Assembly (NCBI RefSeq): GCF_963676685.1
Contig: NC_092351.1
Coordinates: 14,632,001 to 14,696,000, forward strand
Origin: Mytilus edulis
Taxonomy: Eukaryota
DNA: 64,000 bases
Reading direction: 5' to 3'
The number at the start of each line of letters is the position of its first letter. Position 1 is the stretch's first letter. Shown here piece after piece: positions 62,401-64,000 of the stretch. The notes under the pieces are model-generated. The model had not been told where the DNA came from. It saw nothing but the letters and a program-made list of their open reading frames with translations, and did no database searches. The translations under genes were made by a program, and so were the position numbers.

Positions 62401-63889
62401 AAGGATATCTGTTATCCGAAATTTTTATATATAATTACATTTATAGTTCCTTTTTTTGGTTATTGGTATTGTTGTGTACACTTTGTAGGCGTTTATATAT
62501 ATATATTTACTATAGATAATTTAGCTGATCTGTAAAAATAACATCTTCCTGCCTTATATATCATGTACTGTAGTACGACGCTAGATTAAAACTGACGTGG
62601 AAAGGTAATACCCGGCCACCGAAAGCTTCATTTTATGAAGCCCAGGTGGTCGTCTGGTCTAGCGGGACGGCTACAGTGCAGGCGATTTGGTGTCACGATA
62701 TCTCAGTAGCATGGGTTCCAATCCCTGCGAGGGAAGAACAAAACATTTTCCAAAAGACCAAAAGAGTTAAAAAAATATATAGTATAACAAAACGCATTTG
62801 ACTAGCAGGTCGAACAACTGATGTTCTTTAACCCTGCTGACTGCCATTGCCGATTGCCAAATAAATTGATCACAAGGTGTAACAAAATGAATCTCTATAT
62901 TAATTTTAATACGAAGTAGAGAACAATAAATTTGCTGCAAAGATGGTTAACCACAACAAACGGTGCTAATGTTTTTAACACCATATCCGGATAAAGTATT
63001 TTGGATAATGGTCGTAACCGACACAAGATGGTCGTAACTTTTGAAAGACGATCATAACTCGAGTATTTAGACGAAATTTTATAAAAGCATTTTAAAATTA
63101 CTTTGCCCATAACCGTGTATTTAAACTCAGATGTCATATATGGTTTACTACAAACAATATTATTTGTTATTCTAATTATGGTATGCAGAAATAAAGTTAA
63201 AGAATTATAAAATATACACCTTTCTGATGTATTCCAAACACCCATTATTTAGGTGTAACAGTGGAAACTGATCAACTCGCAGAAAGCCAAATAGTATATT
63301 AGGGTTGAATATGTATATAATTTCTACTGTACGTTAAGGCATACAATGGTTTAATACACGTGTATTCCCTTATATTTGTTTTTAGATTTTTTTCATTTAT
63401 TTACGACTTTTTATACGCCCGTCACAATTTTTTGTTTTATACACGGACTGTTTAAACTAGAATTTTAAAAGGAAATGATAAATAGAATCCTGAGATTTCA
63501 ATTTTGCAATATGTTACAATTAAAAAGCAATGTGGTAAAAACATATTTTATTCTAAATCTAGAATTAACTGACAATTTTTTTTTCCTTTTGATGTGCTCG
63601 GATTTCAATAACAGTAATATGAAGAACTATGTTTAATTCCAGATTGATGCACACTGTCAAATTTTACTTATTTAATTGAAGTAATTGATTCACAATTTTC
63701 ATTTTGTGTTCAATTAATTTTAATATATAGTATTATATGTGTTTTGTTTTATTCATATAGATATCGACGAGTGTGCCACAAAACAAGATAATTGTGATCG
63801 GAGTAAACAAATATGTGAGAACCTACCAGGATCATTTAAGTGCATATATTGTACAGCCGGAAAAGTACCTGTGAACAACGAGTGTATAG
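50432..63889 (+). CDS. Gene 3: secreted or surface multi-EGF protein (Ca-binding EGF repeats, fibrillin/fibulin-like modules), 3' end beyond the window
   Basis: Exons 50432-50489, 52127-52153, 53411-53455, 55181-55207, 56281-56403, 57737-57865, 58492-58602, 61939-62067, 63761-63889. All introns are phase 1 GT-AG and the frame is open throughout. Confidence 0.85.
50940..51211. mobile_element. Short TTAA-type MITE
   Basis: GGTAGATAGGG ... CCCCATCTACC|TTAA. Confidence 0.55.
52127..52153 (+). CDS. Gene 3 micro-exon (NCEQFCKHL)
   Basis: T-tract CAG|27 nt|GTAAGT, phase 1-1. Confidence 0.75.
   Translation: MVNNSANI
53411..53455 (+). CDS. Gene 3 micro-exon (SSHQLRYENCLWDCG)
   Basis: T-tract CAG|45 nt|GTATGT, phase 1-1. 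Confidence 0.75.
55181..55207 (+). CDS. Gene 3 micro-exon (VVDDCKKCE)
   Basis: T-tract TAG|27 nt|GTAAGA, phase 1-1. Confidence 0.75.
56281..56403 (+). CDS. Gene 3 EGF-like exon
   Basis: APRCEDKPDACNAATEKCRDTDNGRVCDCKDGFEKKDGQCV, six-Cys EGF pattern. Confidence 0.9.
   Translation, partial: RQDVKTNQMPAMQQLKSVEILIMGEFVTVKMVSRKKTVNA
57737..57865 (+). CDS. Gene 3 Ca-binding EGF exon, copy 1
   Basis: DIDECATKQDTCDRSKQICENLPGSFKCTYCPDGKVPVNNECI, with the DIDEC...CxNxxGSFxC consensus. Confidence 0.92.
58187..58391 (+). mobile_element. Solo 3' end of the Penelope-like element in a gene 3 intron
   Basis: Reverse complement of 45437-45641. Confidence 0.88.
58492..58602 (+). CDS. Gene 3 EGF-like exon
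   Basis: VKTCDHVQCKDNEVCVNIGGPKCQCAAGYYSTENGCK. Confidence 0.9.
58859..60283. mobile_element. Non-autonomous TIR element (TGT...ACA) inserted in (TA)n, with subterminal repeats and a nested family B repeat
   Basis: 25-bp perfect TIR TGTTACAGTGAATTTGTATAATCAG and repeated GATTAT(G/A)TA(G/T)AATC(A/C)CT at both ends. Confidence 0.85.
60332..60375 (+). ncRNA. Minimal type I hammerhead motif (PLE pLTR-type)
   Basis: TTGACA CTGAAGA A GGCT-ATTAGTTA-AGCC GAAA TATT TGTCAA, preceded by an inverted 14-nt copy (60316-60329). Confidence 0.65.
60620..60662 (-). ncRNA. Degenerate type I hammerhead motif
   Basis: Reverse complement: ACATCA CTGAAAA ACA-TTAAT-TGTC GAAA T CCGG ATA TGGTGT, with a palindromic stem III and a damaged core/stem II junction. 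Confidence 0.55.
61939..62067 (+). CDS. Gene 3 Ca-binding EGF exon, copy 2
   Basis: DIDECATKQDNCIRSKQVCENLPGSFKCIYCPAGKVPVNNECI. Confidence 0.92.
62391..62430 (+). ncRNA. Minimal hammerhead-like motif
   Basis: CATA CTGATGA A GGATA-TCTGT-TATCC GAAA TTTT TATA, with intact core and stem II but weak stem I. Confidence 0.5.
62640..62735 (+). repeat. tRNA-like head of a repeat (not a functional tRNA); minus-strand fragment at 58760-58845
   Basis: GCCCAGGTGGTCGTCTGGTCTAG (A box) ... GGGTTCCAATCCC (B box), over-long, with no proper acceptor stem. Confidence 0.55.
63761..63889 (+). CDS. Gene 3 Ca-binding EGF exon, copy 3
   Basis: DIDECATKQDNCDRSKQICENLPGSFKCIYCTAGKVPVNNECI. Confidence 0.92.
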
Positions 63890-64000
63890 GTAAATTAAGG
63901 CCACAGTAGTTAACGGATGTTAAAATAAAAAATATACAAATCCAGGAAACATGATGAAATGTATACCACCAATTTTTGTATGTTAATTTTAAAAGTCTTA

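Larger units (their letters stand above)
60913..64000 (+). repeat. Tandem intron-plus-exon duplication, ~1.82-kb period (third partial copy 57410-58095)
   Basis: 60913-62300 aligns with 62742-64000, and the exon starts at 61939 and 63761 differ by 1822. Confidence 0.9.

Noticed and set aside
62640-62735. Possible tRNA gene
   Set aside because: A/B boxes are present, but the length and stems do not give a cloverleaf. It is a repeat-derived head.

Overview
AT-rich eukaryotic DNA. The repeat content (Naiad-like Penelope elements, type I hammerhead retrozymes, V-SINEs, a Helentron-like element, TTAA MITEs) points to a bivalve mollusc, most likely a Mytilus mussel (inference). Most short ORFs in the track are spurious; the real genes are spliced, all on the + strand. 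Gene 1 (exons 11341-25471) encodes a predicted type I membrane protein of about 374 aa: signal peptide, non-canonical C-type lectin domain, PAN/apple-like domain, S/T stalk, a conserved CxCxC...RRFISxADxRxS-TM-PD module and a short tail. An orphan duplicate of its promoter and first exon lies at 4.8-5.3 kb. Gene 2 (36168-45169) is a tandem paralog that appears to lack two internal exons and is probably a pseudogene. Gene 3 (50432 to beyond the window) is a secreted or surface multi-EGF protein with a Cys-rich N-terminus built from micro-exons and a recently triplicated Ca-binding EGF exon. Between the genes lie a 5'-truncated dead L1/Tx1 LINE with a 12-bp TSD, two Penelope-like RT copies, many MITEs, satellites and a ~1.9-kb segmental duplication. 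The most notable non-coding system is a set of hammerhead-ribozyme retrozymes (356-nt monomer) from several families. They carry a second, highly structured ribozyme-like domain and inserted three times independently into the duplicated segment.
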